This document shows positions 39,101-46,643 of a stretch of 63,492 bases of DNA, in pieces. The position numbers and the translations under genes were made by a program. Origin of the DNA: Chloroflexota bacterium. Its GTDB lineage: Bacteria; Chloroflexota; Dehalococcoidia; DSTF01; RBG-16-68-14. The stretch lies in NCBI GenBank assembly GCA_022562155.1, contig JADFPV010000004.1, positions 1 through 63,492 on the forward strand. Direction: 5' to 3'. Within the stretch, counting starts at the first letter, position 1. The number at the start of each line of letters is the position of its first letter. The notes beneath the pieces are model-generated. The model was not told the origin of the DNA, searched no databases, and saw only the letters and a list, made by a program, of their open reading frames with translations.

Positions 39101-39721
39101 CGCACGCAGTTGCCCCGAGAGCCGATCGAGCGGCTGATCCGGCTGGGCGCGTTTGCCTGGACCGGCCTGCACGAGCGGCAGCTCCTCTGGCAGCTCGGGC
39201 TGTTCTACAAGCCGCTATCCGGGCAGCTCCCGCTCGAGCTGCCGTACGACGCCGATATGGTGCGGCTACGCGAGATGTCCGACGGCGAACGCGTCCGCGA
39301 GGACATCGGGCTCACCGAAGGTGCGATCGCGACGCGCGGCCACATCATGGACCTGGCAGGCCCTTCGGCAGGCTCAGAACAGAGCCTCCATGAAGGCATC
39401 ACCCCCAGCCACATCGTCACCCAGATGGAGGAGGGCGCGAAGGTATCGGTCGCGGGCTTCGTCGCGGTGCGGCAAGCGCCGGAGACGGCGAAGGGCTTCG
39501 TCTTCCATACGCTGGAGGACCGCTACGGGCTGATCAATATCATCACCAAGCCCAACCTGGTCCAGCGCTACAAACAGCTCGTCGCGGAGGCGGGCGCGCT
39601 GATCGTCCACGGGCACATCGAACGCCAGGAGCGAGCTGTCAACGTCGTCACGGAGCACATGGAGCCGCTGCCGCTCCAGGGCGCCCGCGTGCCAAGCTCG
39701 CGTACACACAGCTTCCGCTAG
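36200..39721 (+). CDS. dnaE2: error-prone DNA polymerase DnaE2 (with ~118-aa in-frame repeat insertion)
   Basis: PHP domain (YVELHCHSCFSFREGAS, LTDHDGL), pol III alpha core, C-terminal OB region. 1173 aa. Confidence 0.9.
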   Translation: MASYVELHCHSCFSFREGASTPLELVLQARKLGYPALALTDHDGLAGAMEFAQTAKEWEVQPIIGSEITFQSGTHLTLLAETPRGYANLSRLLSIAHLESPRGEPSLDPAALEGHTEGLIALSGCQHGEVPRLASHDAVGARAAAQRYRDLFGREHFFIELQQNLVYGDRPRNRGLVELARELDIPIVATNNVHYHQQSRHRLQDVLVAVRHRTTLDASERQRRNNAEFYLKSPGQMAELFSELPKAIKNTLAIAERCVFDLTRDLTYQFPDFDAPPGKTADEFLEEVCMASARELYGWAAPQAEERIKHELALIQQAGQAGFFLRNWELMRYAHDNDLPARGRGSSVGSLVCYLLGLSGIDPIKYNLFVGRFLNEARQKEDVPDIDLDFAREARERMFEHVFETYGTEHAALVANVIQYRYPMAIRDVGKALGLPEADIDKLAKRMRGRFARSLDEEMRSLPEFRQRMNAPVWRTFAQLVEELRGKPRHLSQHSGGVIISSTPIVEQVPVQPSAMDGRYICQWDKDSVADAGFIKMDFLGYPSLGHLYRSLKLIEERHGRRIDPVRIPLDDPQVYEMIRRGDILGIVQIQSRAQLQAILRLEINSIEDLVIQVALIRPGPIQGGAVNPYIARCQGVEPVTYDHPCLEPVLSETKGVIIFQEQVLEVAMAVAGFTAGQAETLRRAMSRKRSREEMEKLHETFLEGARKQGKVDAATAESIYQKVLAFAEFGFPKAHAAAMAETAGKLAWVKRYYPLEFYCSWLNEWPFGFYSPGVITNEARRNGVEVLGVDANRSRAECSIEKVPDGDEAIRLGFNYVKGIGEAWLARLDEEHYRHAEPFAPAQDKLREASSSSRTTVDLKGSDPSLTLRVTDASRDYATADRQIAPLPFAGEGTGVREEREPYPAKTDPSLARHAEPFAPAQDKLHEASSSSRTTVDLKGSDPSLTLGVTEALVPGPYLSLWDFWRRTQLPREPIERLIRLGAFAWTGLHERQLLWQLGLFYKPLSGQLPLELPYDADMVRLREMSDGERVREDIGLTEGAIATRGHIMDLAGPSAGSEQSLHEGITPSHIVTQMEEGAKVSVAGFVAVRQAPETAKGFVFHTLEDRYGLINIITKPNLVQRYKQLVAEAGALIVHGHIERQERAVNVVTEHMEPLPLQGARVPSSRTHSFR
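38701..38817 (+). repeat. 117-nt repeat unit copy 1
   Basis: Direct comparison with 38938-39054. Internal hairpin CGCGAGG-9 nt-CCTCGCG at 38741-38763. Confidence 0.9.
38856..38881 (+). repeat. perfect hairpin CCCCTCTCCCG-ttcg-CGGGAGAGGGG
   Basis: 11-bp stem seen directly, between the two 117-nt units. Confidence 0.9.
38938..39054 (+). repeat. 117-nt repeat unit copy 2
   Basis: 3 mismatches to copy 1. Same reading frame (offset 237 = 79 codons). Confidence 0.9.
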
Positions 39722-39742
39722 CCACGTAACGGTAGGCGGGCG

Positions 39743-39761
39743 CCCGCCGCCAAGCGGCGGG
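39743..39761 (+). terminator. GC-rich hairpin after dnaE2
   Basis: CCCGCCGC-caa-GCGGCGGG, no clear U-tract. Confidence 0.35.
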
Positions 39762-39779
39762 TGCTAAACTCTGGCGGTC

Positions 39780-40952
39780 ATGGCCGTTACCTTCGTGCCC
39801 AACACACCGGAATGGATGGCCGATCCCCACGCCTCGTATCGAGAGCTGCGCGAACAGGACCCGGTGCATTGGAGCGAGACGTTGGGCCACTGGGTCCTCA
39901 CGCGCTACGAGGATGTCGCGTCAGTACTGAAAGACGAGCGCTTCTCCGCCGCCAACAGGGCGCCGCAACGTCGCTGGGACCGCCCAACGACGATGGTCAC
40001 AGCCGACCCGCCCGACCACGGGCGGCTCCGGAAGTCGGTCCGCCATCGATTCTCGCTCACGTCGGTCAACGCGCAGCGGCCGCGCATCCAGGAGATCGTC
40101 GATCAGCTTCTCGATGCGGTCGAACCGGCGAGCGACATGGAGGTCGTACAGCAACTCGCGCGACCGCTCCCGAGGACGGTGATGCTGGAGTTATTGGGTG
40201 TGCCGGAGCCAACGCCCTCCGGCTCACCAAATGCGCCAACGCCGCGTGTCGCCGAGCCACACGGCGGCTCGAGCGCTGGTTCGCGCTTGCGAGGAGTCCC
40301 GTTGGCCCCGGGTACCGCGATGCCAAGCGAGGCCTTCTTCCAGGAAGCGATCGAGAAGCACCGTGAGGAGTTGACGGACGATCTGCTGGGCGAGCTGCTC
40401 AAGGCGGAGACGGGCCGCGAAATGTCTCCCGAGGAAGTACTCGATACAGCCGTGATTCTCTACGGCGCGGGGCAGGAGACGACGGCGAAGATGATCGCCA
40501 ACGGGCTGTTTCAGCTGCTCCGGCATCCCGCAGAACTTGAGAAGCTGCGTGGCAATCCAGGACTGATCGACTCGGCGACAGAGGAGTTATTGCGCTTCGA
40601 CTCACCAGTGCACGCCATCACCCGCCGCGCCACCGAGGACGTCGATGTTGGAGGAACCACGATCCAGCAAGGCGACAAGGCACTTTGCGTACTGGCGGCG
40701 GCGAATCACGACCCGGAAGTCTTCCACAATCCGAACGAGCTGGACATCTCTCGCGCCAACAATCCACACATCGCGTTCGGTACCGGCATCCATGCCTGTC
40801 TGGGCGCGACCCTGGCGCGCGTTGAGATTCAGATCGCGATCGCGACGATGCTGGCGCGATTTCCCAAGCTGCGACTCGCAACAGATGATGTCGACTGGGA
40901 GGGCAGCTTCATCATCCGAGGCGTCGCGAGCCTACCTGTTACCTTCCTTTAA
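39780..40952 (+). CDS. cytochrome P450
   Basis: FGTGIHACLGATLAR heme-thiolate loop, EELLRF (ExxR), AGQETT I-helix. Confidence 0.9.
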   Translation: MAVTFVPNTPEWMADPHASYRELREQDPVHWSETLGHWVLTRYEDVASVLKDERFSAANRAPQRRWDRPTTMVTADPPDHGRLRKSVRHRFSLTSVNAQRPRIQEIVDQLLDAVEPASDMEVVQQLARPLPRTVMLELLGVPEPTPSGSPNAPTPRVAEPHGGSSAGSRLRGVPLAPGTAMPSEAFFQEAIEKHREELTDDLLGELLKAETGREMSPEEVLDTAVILYGAGQETTAKMIANGLFQLLRHPAELEKLRGNPGLIDSATEELLRFDSPVHAITRRATEDVDVGGTTIQQGDKALCVLAAANHDPEVFHNPNELDISRANNPHIAFGTGIHACLGATLARVEIQIAIATMLARFPKLRLATDDVDWEGSFIIRGVASLPVTFL

Positions 40953-41057
40953 GCCTTCGCTAGGCCCTTGCATCCTTGCTGGACACCGTGCCATGCTACA
41001 GCGCGCTAAGCGGCATTGAGGCGCTATCTGAATGACACTGAGAGGAGGAGAGACATC

Positions 41058-41915
41058 ATGGGCAAACTAGATGGGAAAGTCGTTGTCGTCACGGGCGCCA
41101 GCCGAGGTATCGGCGCGGAGATCGCGAAGGTGTTCGCGGCCGAGGGCGGGAAGGTGGTCTGCGCGGCGCGAACGCTTAAGGAGGGCGAGCATCCGCTGGA
41201 AGGCTCGTTGGAGACGACCGTAGCCGGAATCAAAGACGAGGGCGGCGAGGCGACCGCCGTCGCGGTGAACATCTCCGAGGAGTCCGAATGCGAGAAGCTC
41301 ATCCAAGCCGCCCGCGATACTTACGGCCCGATCGACGTGCTGGTGAACAACGCGGCGCTCACGTACTTCGTGCCGGTGAAGGACTACCCAACGAACCGCT
41401 GGATGCGATCGTGGGCCGTGAATTTCCACGCGCCCTTCATTCTCAGCAAGCTGGTTCTGCCGGACATGATCGAGCGCAGCAGCGGCAGCATCGTGAACAT
41501 CTCATCGGGCGCCGCGATCGGTCCCGGCCGAGGCCCCTACCAGGAGATGCAGCAGCGCGGAGGCGGCACCTGCTACGGCGCCGAGAAGGCGGCGCTGGAG
41601 CGCTTCACGCAGGGGCTCGCTGCCGAGGTCTACGCGAACAACGTGTCCGTGACGTGCGTCTCGCCGTCGCAAGTCGTGCCGACGCCGGGCACTGTGTTCC
41701 ACAAGCTTGTCAAGGGGCTGGACGACCCGCGAGGTGAGTCGCCAGAGCTAATGGCCAAGGCTACCCTGCTGCTCGCCACAGAGCCACTCGACAAGGTGTC
41801 GGGCCGCGTCACGTACAGCCAGCAGATCCTCAAGGAGTATGGCTGGATCGAGGAGGCGCAGGGCACCGGCGTCGGCGACGCCGCACGTGTCGGGAGCGGC
41901 TACAGCCAGATCTAG
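41058..41915 (+). CDS. SDR-family oxidoreductase
   Basis: VVVVTGASRGIGAEIA, NNAA, Y-x3-K (YGAEK). ATG 41058 after AGGAGG. Confidence 0.85.
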   Translation: MGKLDGKVVVVTGASRGIGAEIAKVFAAEGGKVVCAARTLKEGEHPLEGSLETTVAGIKDEGGEATAVAVNISEESECEKLIQAARDTYGPIDVLVNNAALTYFVPVKDYPTNRWMRSWAVNFHAPFILSKLVLPDMIERSSGSIVNISSGAAIGPGRGPYQEMQQRGGGTCYGAEKAALERFTQGLAAEVYANNVSVTCVSPSQVVPTPGTVFHKLVKGLDDPRGESPELMAKATLLLATEPLDKVSGRVTYSQQILKEYGWIEEAQGTGVGDAARVGSGYSQI

Positions 41916-42619
41916 GGAATCGCGATCCCCTCCAGCCGGATCTGCGAACCGTCCAGGTTCGTTCGCCAGCTGAGGAACTCTGCCGGCACCGCCGTTGGCG
42001 AAGGTGGCGTTGGGGCGGGCAGAGGCACCAGCCAACCCTTCAGTCTGATCCGGTATCCGTCGACGAGCGCTTCCGTGCAGGCCTCGCCCGGCTCCGGCAG
42101 GCCGAGACAACCGTTGGGCCACGTCTCGGCGCTCACCGATCTCACGATAACTTGATCCTCTGGAATGCTCAGGGTTTCGGCTGTAGCCTGAATCGCCGCT
42201 GCGATCGCTTCCCTTGCGGCCGCTGGCAGAAAATCGATGAGCCCGGCATCGAGCTGTAGGATCAGTGCGGCATCGATAGAGCCAACTGTGCCGTCGGCGT
42301 CGACGTCAGCAACCTCGCGACAGCCAAGGTCCAATATCAGTCGTGCGTCAAACTGCAAGACCAGAGCCGCGTCTATCGCATTCGCCTGACCGTCGCAATT
42401 GGCATCGCCAATCATCGTGCCTGAGGCAGGCTCGACAGACTTCGCAATTGTGAAGCTACCGACAATTAAGCCTATCGCTAACAGTGCTGCCGCAATCAGA
42501 GACAGAGCGTGTCTATCGTAGGCCACCTCCACCACCTCCATCTGCTGCAAAGCGTCCCCCAAACGAAGGTAGCCATGAGGATAGCAGTCGAGCGCTAGAA
42601 GAGCGAGTGCCACCTGCAT
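41912..42619 (-). CDS. dockerin-repeat-containing membrane-anchored protein
   Basis: GDANCDGQANAIDAALVLQ and DVDADGTVGSIDAALILQ (two dockerin-type Ca-binding repeats). N-terminal TM. AGGAG RBS. Confidence 0.6.
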   Translation of the reverse strand: MQVALALLALDCYPHGYLRLGDALQQMEVVEVAYDRHALSLIAAALLAIGLIVGSFTIAKSVEPASGTMIGDANCDGQANAIDAALVLQFDARLILDLGCREVADVDADGTVGSIDAALILQLDAGLIDFLPAAAREAIAAAIQATAETLSIPEDQVIVRSVSAETWPNGCLGLPEPGEACTEALVDGYRIRLKGWLVPLPAPTPPSPTAVPAEFLSWRTNLDGSQIRLEGIAIP

Positions 42620-42657
42620 ATTGGCGCTCCTCTAGCTCCCTCGTAGGCTGGCATCCT

Positions 42658-43092
42658 ATGCCCGCGACAAGACCGTATGAGACATCAGATCGCGCGTCCG
42701 CTATCGAGCAGCTAGGCGACGCCCGCGCCGTCGACCAGGTCTCCCACCGCATTCACGCAGCGGAAGACGGTCCGACCGCTGGCGTGGCCGTCTGGGTGGA
42801 ACCCGGGCCTGGCGGCGAACCGTACCTGGGAGCCGTGAAGGTCCCCGGCGACAATCGGCGGCTCTTCTACCAGCTCATCGAAGCCTGCGCTGCGGACGCC
42901 TTCGGCCGAGGATATGAGCACGCAACGTTTACCGTCCACGATGCCCAACTCCTTTCGCTGATCCGGCGCGACTTCACAGTTGAGGCCACACCGGCTGGAT
43001 GGGACCCGGAGAGCGACTTGCCTGTCCAGTGGGACATCCGCGTCGAACTGCAAGACGCCCTCGAACAGTTACAGAGGGTGCTGCGTGCCTGA
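42658..43092 (+). CDS. hypothetical protein (possible acetyltransferase-like fold), first gene of block D
   Basis: ATG 42658. No strong motif. Confidence 0.35.
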   Translation: MPATRPYETSDRASAIEQLGDARAVDQVSHRIHAAEDGPTAGVAVWVEPGPGGEPYLGAVKVPGDNRRLFYQLIEACAADAFGRGYEHATFTVHDAQLLSLIRRDFTVEATPAGWDPESDLPVQWDIRVELQDALEQLQRVLRA

Positions 43093-43789
43093 AGAAGCCT
43101 TCCTTCCCATCCGCGACTCCAAGATGCAGGGCATTCCCGAATTCGCGCAGGCGCTGAACTACGGCGGTGCGCCCACGTTGCGCCACATCGTGCTCTACGC
43201 GGGCGGAGGCAAGTCCACCTGGGAGCGCACGATCGTGGATTTCGACGTCGCCCAGATCAGCGAAGCCAAGATCCTTGGAGCCAAGCTCGTGCGTGAGATT
43301 ACGTTGCTCTCGAACGGAGGCCACCAGGCAAGGCTGTCTCGTTGCACGAGGCCGGGCGAATGGGTCGAGAGCGAAGTGACGTGGCTCCGCTACAAGGCCG
43401 GCGCCGACTGGACGGACAACGGCGGCGATTTCGACGACACGGGGCCACCGGCGGTCCTGACCTACGATGAGCCAACGATAACCGGAGAGCACGAGATCGG
43501 CGGGCTCTTGGCGTTCGTTGAGGACGCGATCGAGAGCCGAGGCGGCATCGTTTCCCTGATCACACGCCTCTCCGACGAAACCCCGGACGTGGACACCGGA
43601 GCGTCCTGGTTCGCCAAGGGCCACGCCCAGAGCTGGCGCCTCGTGGTCGAGTACACGGCCCCGAATGCGGGACGTAGAAGTATTCCCAGATCTACCAAGC
43701 GCGGTTCTACTACGCCGCGCGCTCCGTCGCGACCGGCACACCCCCACGCATCCGCACGGGCACAACAACCTATAAGGAGGCGTAGATGA
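43085..43789 (+). CDS. DNRLRE-like domain protein with basic Arg/Pro-rich tail
   Basis: GEWVESEVTWLRYKAGADWTDNGGDFDD ... SWRLVVEYT. Start is GTG 43085 (overlap) or ATG 43124. Confidence 0.4.
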   Translation: MPEEAFLPIRDSKMQGIPEFAQALNYGGAPTLRHIVLYAGGGKSTWERTIVDFDVAQISEAKILGAKLVREITLLSNGGHQARLSRCTRPGEWVESEVTWLRYKAGADWTDNGGDFDDTGPPAVLTYDEPTITGEHEIGGLLAFVEDAIESRGGIVSLITRLSDETPDVDTGASWFAKGHAQSWRLVVEYTAPNAGRRSIPRSTKRGSTTPRAPSRPAHPHASARAQQPIRRRR

Positions 43790-44427
43790 GCAATCTAGCA
43801 ACGATCCGGGCCGCCGTCCGCATCGACTTGCAGGACGAGGATGCAACGAACGAGCGTTGGGCAAACGACACGCTGGACCGGCACATCGAGCGGGCCGTGC
43901 TGGAGTACTCGCACGTCAGCCCGCTCGAGAAGAAGTCGACGCTCCAGACCGCGCAGGACTCGCGCGACGTCGACGTCTCCAGCCTCAGCTCGGCAATCCG
44001 CATCGTGGCGGCGGAGTATCCCACGGGCCAGTACCCACCCGCATACGTCCCGTTTTCGCTTTGGGGCGACACCCTGACCCTCGATCTCGCCGGCGCGCCG
44101 AGCGGTACGCCCGATGTCGTGGTCTTCTGGCATGCCGTGCACACCATCAACGGCGCCATCAGCTTTCCGGACAGCCACGACGACATCATCGCCGGCGGGG
44201 CCGCGGGCTATGCGGCGCTCGAATGGTCCTCGTTCTCGTCGAACAGACTGAACGTCGGTGGAGATGACGTCTGGGGCCGTTACATGGAGTTCGCGAACGT
44301 ACGGCTGGCGGCCTTTCGTCAACAGCTCAGCACGCTGCCCTCGGCGAATCGTGCCCGCACGTCGCGCCTATACACACCGGCCGACGTCAGGTTTTCGTCG
44401 CAGTCGACAGACCCGGGACCCGTCTAA
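43786..44427 (+). CDS. head-tail adaptor/connector candidate
   Basis: 213 aa. ATGA overlap with the upstream gene, AAGGAGG RBS. Assignment is by position only. Confidence 0.35.
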   Translation: MSNLATIRAAVRIDLQDEDATNERWANDTLDRHIERAVLEYSHVSPLEKKSTLQTAQDSRDVDVSSLSSAIRIVAAEYPTGQYPPAYVPFSLWGDTLTLDLAGAPSGTPDVVVFWHAVHTINGAISFPDSHDDIIAGGAAGYAALEWSSFSSNRLNVGGDDVWGRYMEFANVRLAAFRQQLSTLPSANRARTSRLYTPADVRFSSQSTDPGPV

Positions 44428-44432
44428 CCACG

Positions 44433-46421
44433 ATGCGGACCCTCAGTTCCACGCTACTGGCCGCTCAGAAGGACCTCAGCTCGGTCCCGTTCGTCAAGGT
44501 CACTCTCACCGACGAGATCGCGGACATCGTCCGCCTCCGTTGGGAACGGCTATACACCGGTAGCGAGACCGACGCTTACCACGCCGTGGCGATACCGGCC
44601 GACGGCTCGCTGTTGCGGCTGCGGGTCGATCCGGCCGGGCCAACGCTCTACTACCAGCGCACGACCTCGCCGGACGATCAAAGCGACTTCAGCGGCTGGA
44701 CGAGCCTCGGCTCCGTGGCCGATGCCGGCGTCGCGCTGACGGTAAACGGCAGTGATGTCCTGCGCGCATACGTGGCCGCGAACGGAAGCGACATCAAGGT
44801 GGAGGACAGCAGCAACAACGGCGCGAGCTTCGGCGGCGCCGTGACGGCTGCAAGCCTCGCGAACGTCGTCTGGCTGTCAGGCGCACTGAAGAGCAACGGG
44901 GACGCGGTCCTCATCTACGCGGACGCGACAACGGTCTACGCCGTCCGGCGCACGACAGGGACGTGGGGCACGCCGGCCGCCTGGTCACACTCGGCGAACG
45001 GCATCGAAGGCATCGCCATGGCCCTCTTCGGCGACTTCCACGTCGCGATCGCGGGCACGGACACGAACGACAACCCACGGCTCTGGACCGCCGTCTACGG
45101 CGACGGCGTCACTCGCGCCGCCGATACCTGGTCGGTGCTCTCGAACATCGCCGAGGCGGATGACGGCTCCGACGTCACGTTCCTGGCGCCGTTCCTGGCC
45201 TACGTCGACACGGCGCGCCTCTTCTTCGTGGAGGCTTACGCGGGCACCGTCTCGTACTCGCAGCCGCAGTGGACGTGGTTCCCCGTAGGTCAGAGCTTCG
45301 AAGCCAACGCTTGGCGCGAGCCCGTGCCGTTCGAAGTCGACAGCGACTTCGGGTCGGCCATCGCCGGCGTTGGCTCGTACGCGTGGCTCTCCACTCCGAG
45401 CGGCGTCTGGCGGGCATCGCTGGCGCCGTCGGAGACCGAGCTGAGCGACGACGTGCTCGAGCTATCGCTCGAGACGCAGCGCACACGCGGCGGCGTCAAG
45501 ATCGTGCTGCGGAACGACGACGGTCGATACAACGATCTGCAGAACGGCGCCTACAGCGTCATCCGGCACGGCGCCCAGGTCGAGGTGGAGCTTGGGTTCG
45601 TCACCCCGCAGGGCGAAGAGGTCTGCGTGCCAGGGCTCAAGTATTGGCTCGATGGCTGGGAACACACGTCGGCTGGCGGGGAGGCGACGCTTGTGCTTCA
45701 CGCGAGCAACGCTTGGTCGCTGATAGAGCGCTGGCGGGCGCGCAGACAACACACGTGGCAGGCGGGCGACAGAGCCATCTCGCAGATCCTGAGCTTCGTC
45801 GTCGGGCGGGCCGGCGTTGAGCTGGTGAACATTGGCATCAGCTCCGTGGTCGCGAACCACAAACCGGACTTCACGATTCACCCCGGCGAAAGCGGTCTGC
45901 GGGCTGTCCAGCGCTTGCTGGCGATGGTGCCGGACTCCATCCGCATGTCTAATGCGGTAGCCCAGCTCTTAGAGACCGAGGCAACGGACACGTCCGACTA
46001 CGACTACGGCACTGACCACCCGATCCTCCACGCGCGCTACGGTTCACCCGCGCTGGCTAGAAATCGGTTCCAGGTGTTCGGAGATGATCTGTTCGCGCAA
46101 GCGTTTGACTGGCCGGAGATCGAGGACCAGTTCGACAACGTGCGCCAGATCTTCGACCTGAACCTGACGACGCAGACGAACGTAGAGGATCGGGCCGGGA
46201 TCGCGCTACGGCACGAGACGCTGGCGCCCTCTCGTGGGGAGCTGGTCACACCCGTCAACTGCGGCCAAGACGTGAACGACGTCGTGTCCGTGACCGACGA
46301 GGCGGCCGGTCTTTCGGACATCGACTTCCGCGTCGCCGGGATCGAGCTGCGCTACGTCCGGCGGAGCAAGGTGCGGCGTTCCCCGATTTACGAACAGCGC
46401 CTGCAACTGAGCAACGTCTAG
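44433..46421 (+). CDS. tail-tip protein: N-terminal beta-propeller/sialidase-like region + C-terminal hub (gpD/gp27-like) region
   Basis: 662 aa. Asp-box-like SSNNGASF. C-terminal RGGVKIVLRNDDGRYNDL...VEVELGF...LDGWEH pattern resembling phage late-control D/hub proteins. Confidence 0.45.
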   Translation: MRTLSSTLLAAQKDLSSVPFVKVTLTDEIADIVRLRWERLYTGSETDAYHAVAIPADGSLLRLRVDPAGPTLYYQRTTSPDDQSDFSGWTSLGSVADAGVALTVNGSDVLRAYVAANGSDIKVEDSSNNGASFGGAVTAASLANVVWLSGALKSNGDAVLIYADATTVYAVRRTTGTWGTPAAWSHSANGIEGIAMALFGDFHVAIAGTDTNDNPRLWTAVYGDGVTRAADTWSVLSNIAEADDGSDVTFLAPFLAYVDTARLFFVEAYAGTVSYSQPQWTWFPVGQSFEANAWREPVPFEVDSDFGSAIAGVGSYAWLSTPSGVWRASLAPSETELSDDVLELSLETQRTRGGVKIVLRNDDGRYNDLQNGAYSVIRHGAQVEVELGFVTPQGEEVCVPGLKYWLDGWEHTSAGGEATLVLHASNAWSLIERWRARRQHTWQAGDRAISQILSFVVGRAGVELVNIGISSVVANHKPDFTIHPGESGLRAVQRLLAMVPDSIRMSNAVAQLLETEATDTSDYDYGTDHPILHARYGSPALARNRFQVFGDDLFAQAFDWPEIEDQFDNVRQIFDLNLTTQTNVEDRAGIALRHETLAPSRGELVTPVNCGQDVNDVVSVTDEAAGLSDIDFRVAGIELRYVRRSKVRRSPIYEQRLQLSNV

Positions 46422-46430
46422 GAGCATGTG

Positions 46431-46643
46431 ATGAACATCAGACGAGGCGAAGTAAAGTCGTTCAACAGCACCGCCTACACCGCGACGGTCCAGCTGGCCG
46501 GCAGCCTCAGTGTGTGGCTTTCGGACGTGCCCGTCGCGCGCAACATCGCATCGGCTGAAATGGTGGCTGGCCGGCGCTGCGCTGTGCTCTCATTCGATGA
46601 GAGCAATCACCAGGACGCCGTCGTGATCGCCGTCTACGTGTAG
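46431..46643 (+). CDS. small OB-fold spike/gpV-like protein
   Basis: 70 aa. RRGEVKSF...ATVQLAGS...VPVARNI...AVLSFDESNHQDAVVIAVY resembles baseplate V/gp5 N-terminal OB-folds. AGGAG RBS. Confidence 0.35.
   Translation: MNIRRGEVKSFNSTAYTATVQLAGSLSVWLSDVPVARNIASAEMVAGRRCAVLSFDESNHQDAVVIAVYV

Larger units (their letters stand above)
19873..46643 (+). mobile_element. phage-derived island: dispersed morphogenesis gene blocks A-D interleaved with cargo genes (GTA-like/domesticated prophage candidate)
   Basis: Terminase, portal, scaffold/capsid and tail-tip-like genes in canonical order on one strand. No integrase or att seen. Confidence 0.5.

Noticed and set aside
42974-43864. 296-aa minus-strand ORF across block D
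   Set aside because: Antisense to a run of translationally coupled + strand genes with good RBSs.
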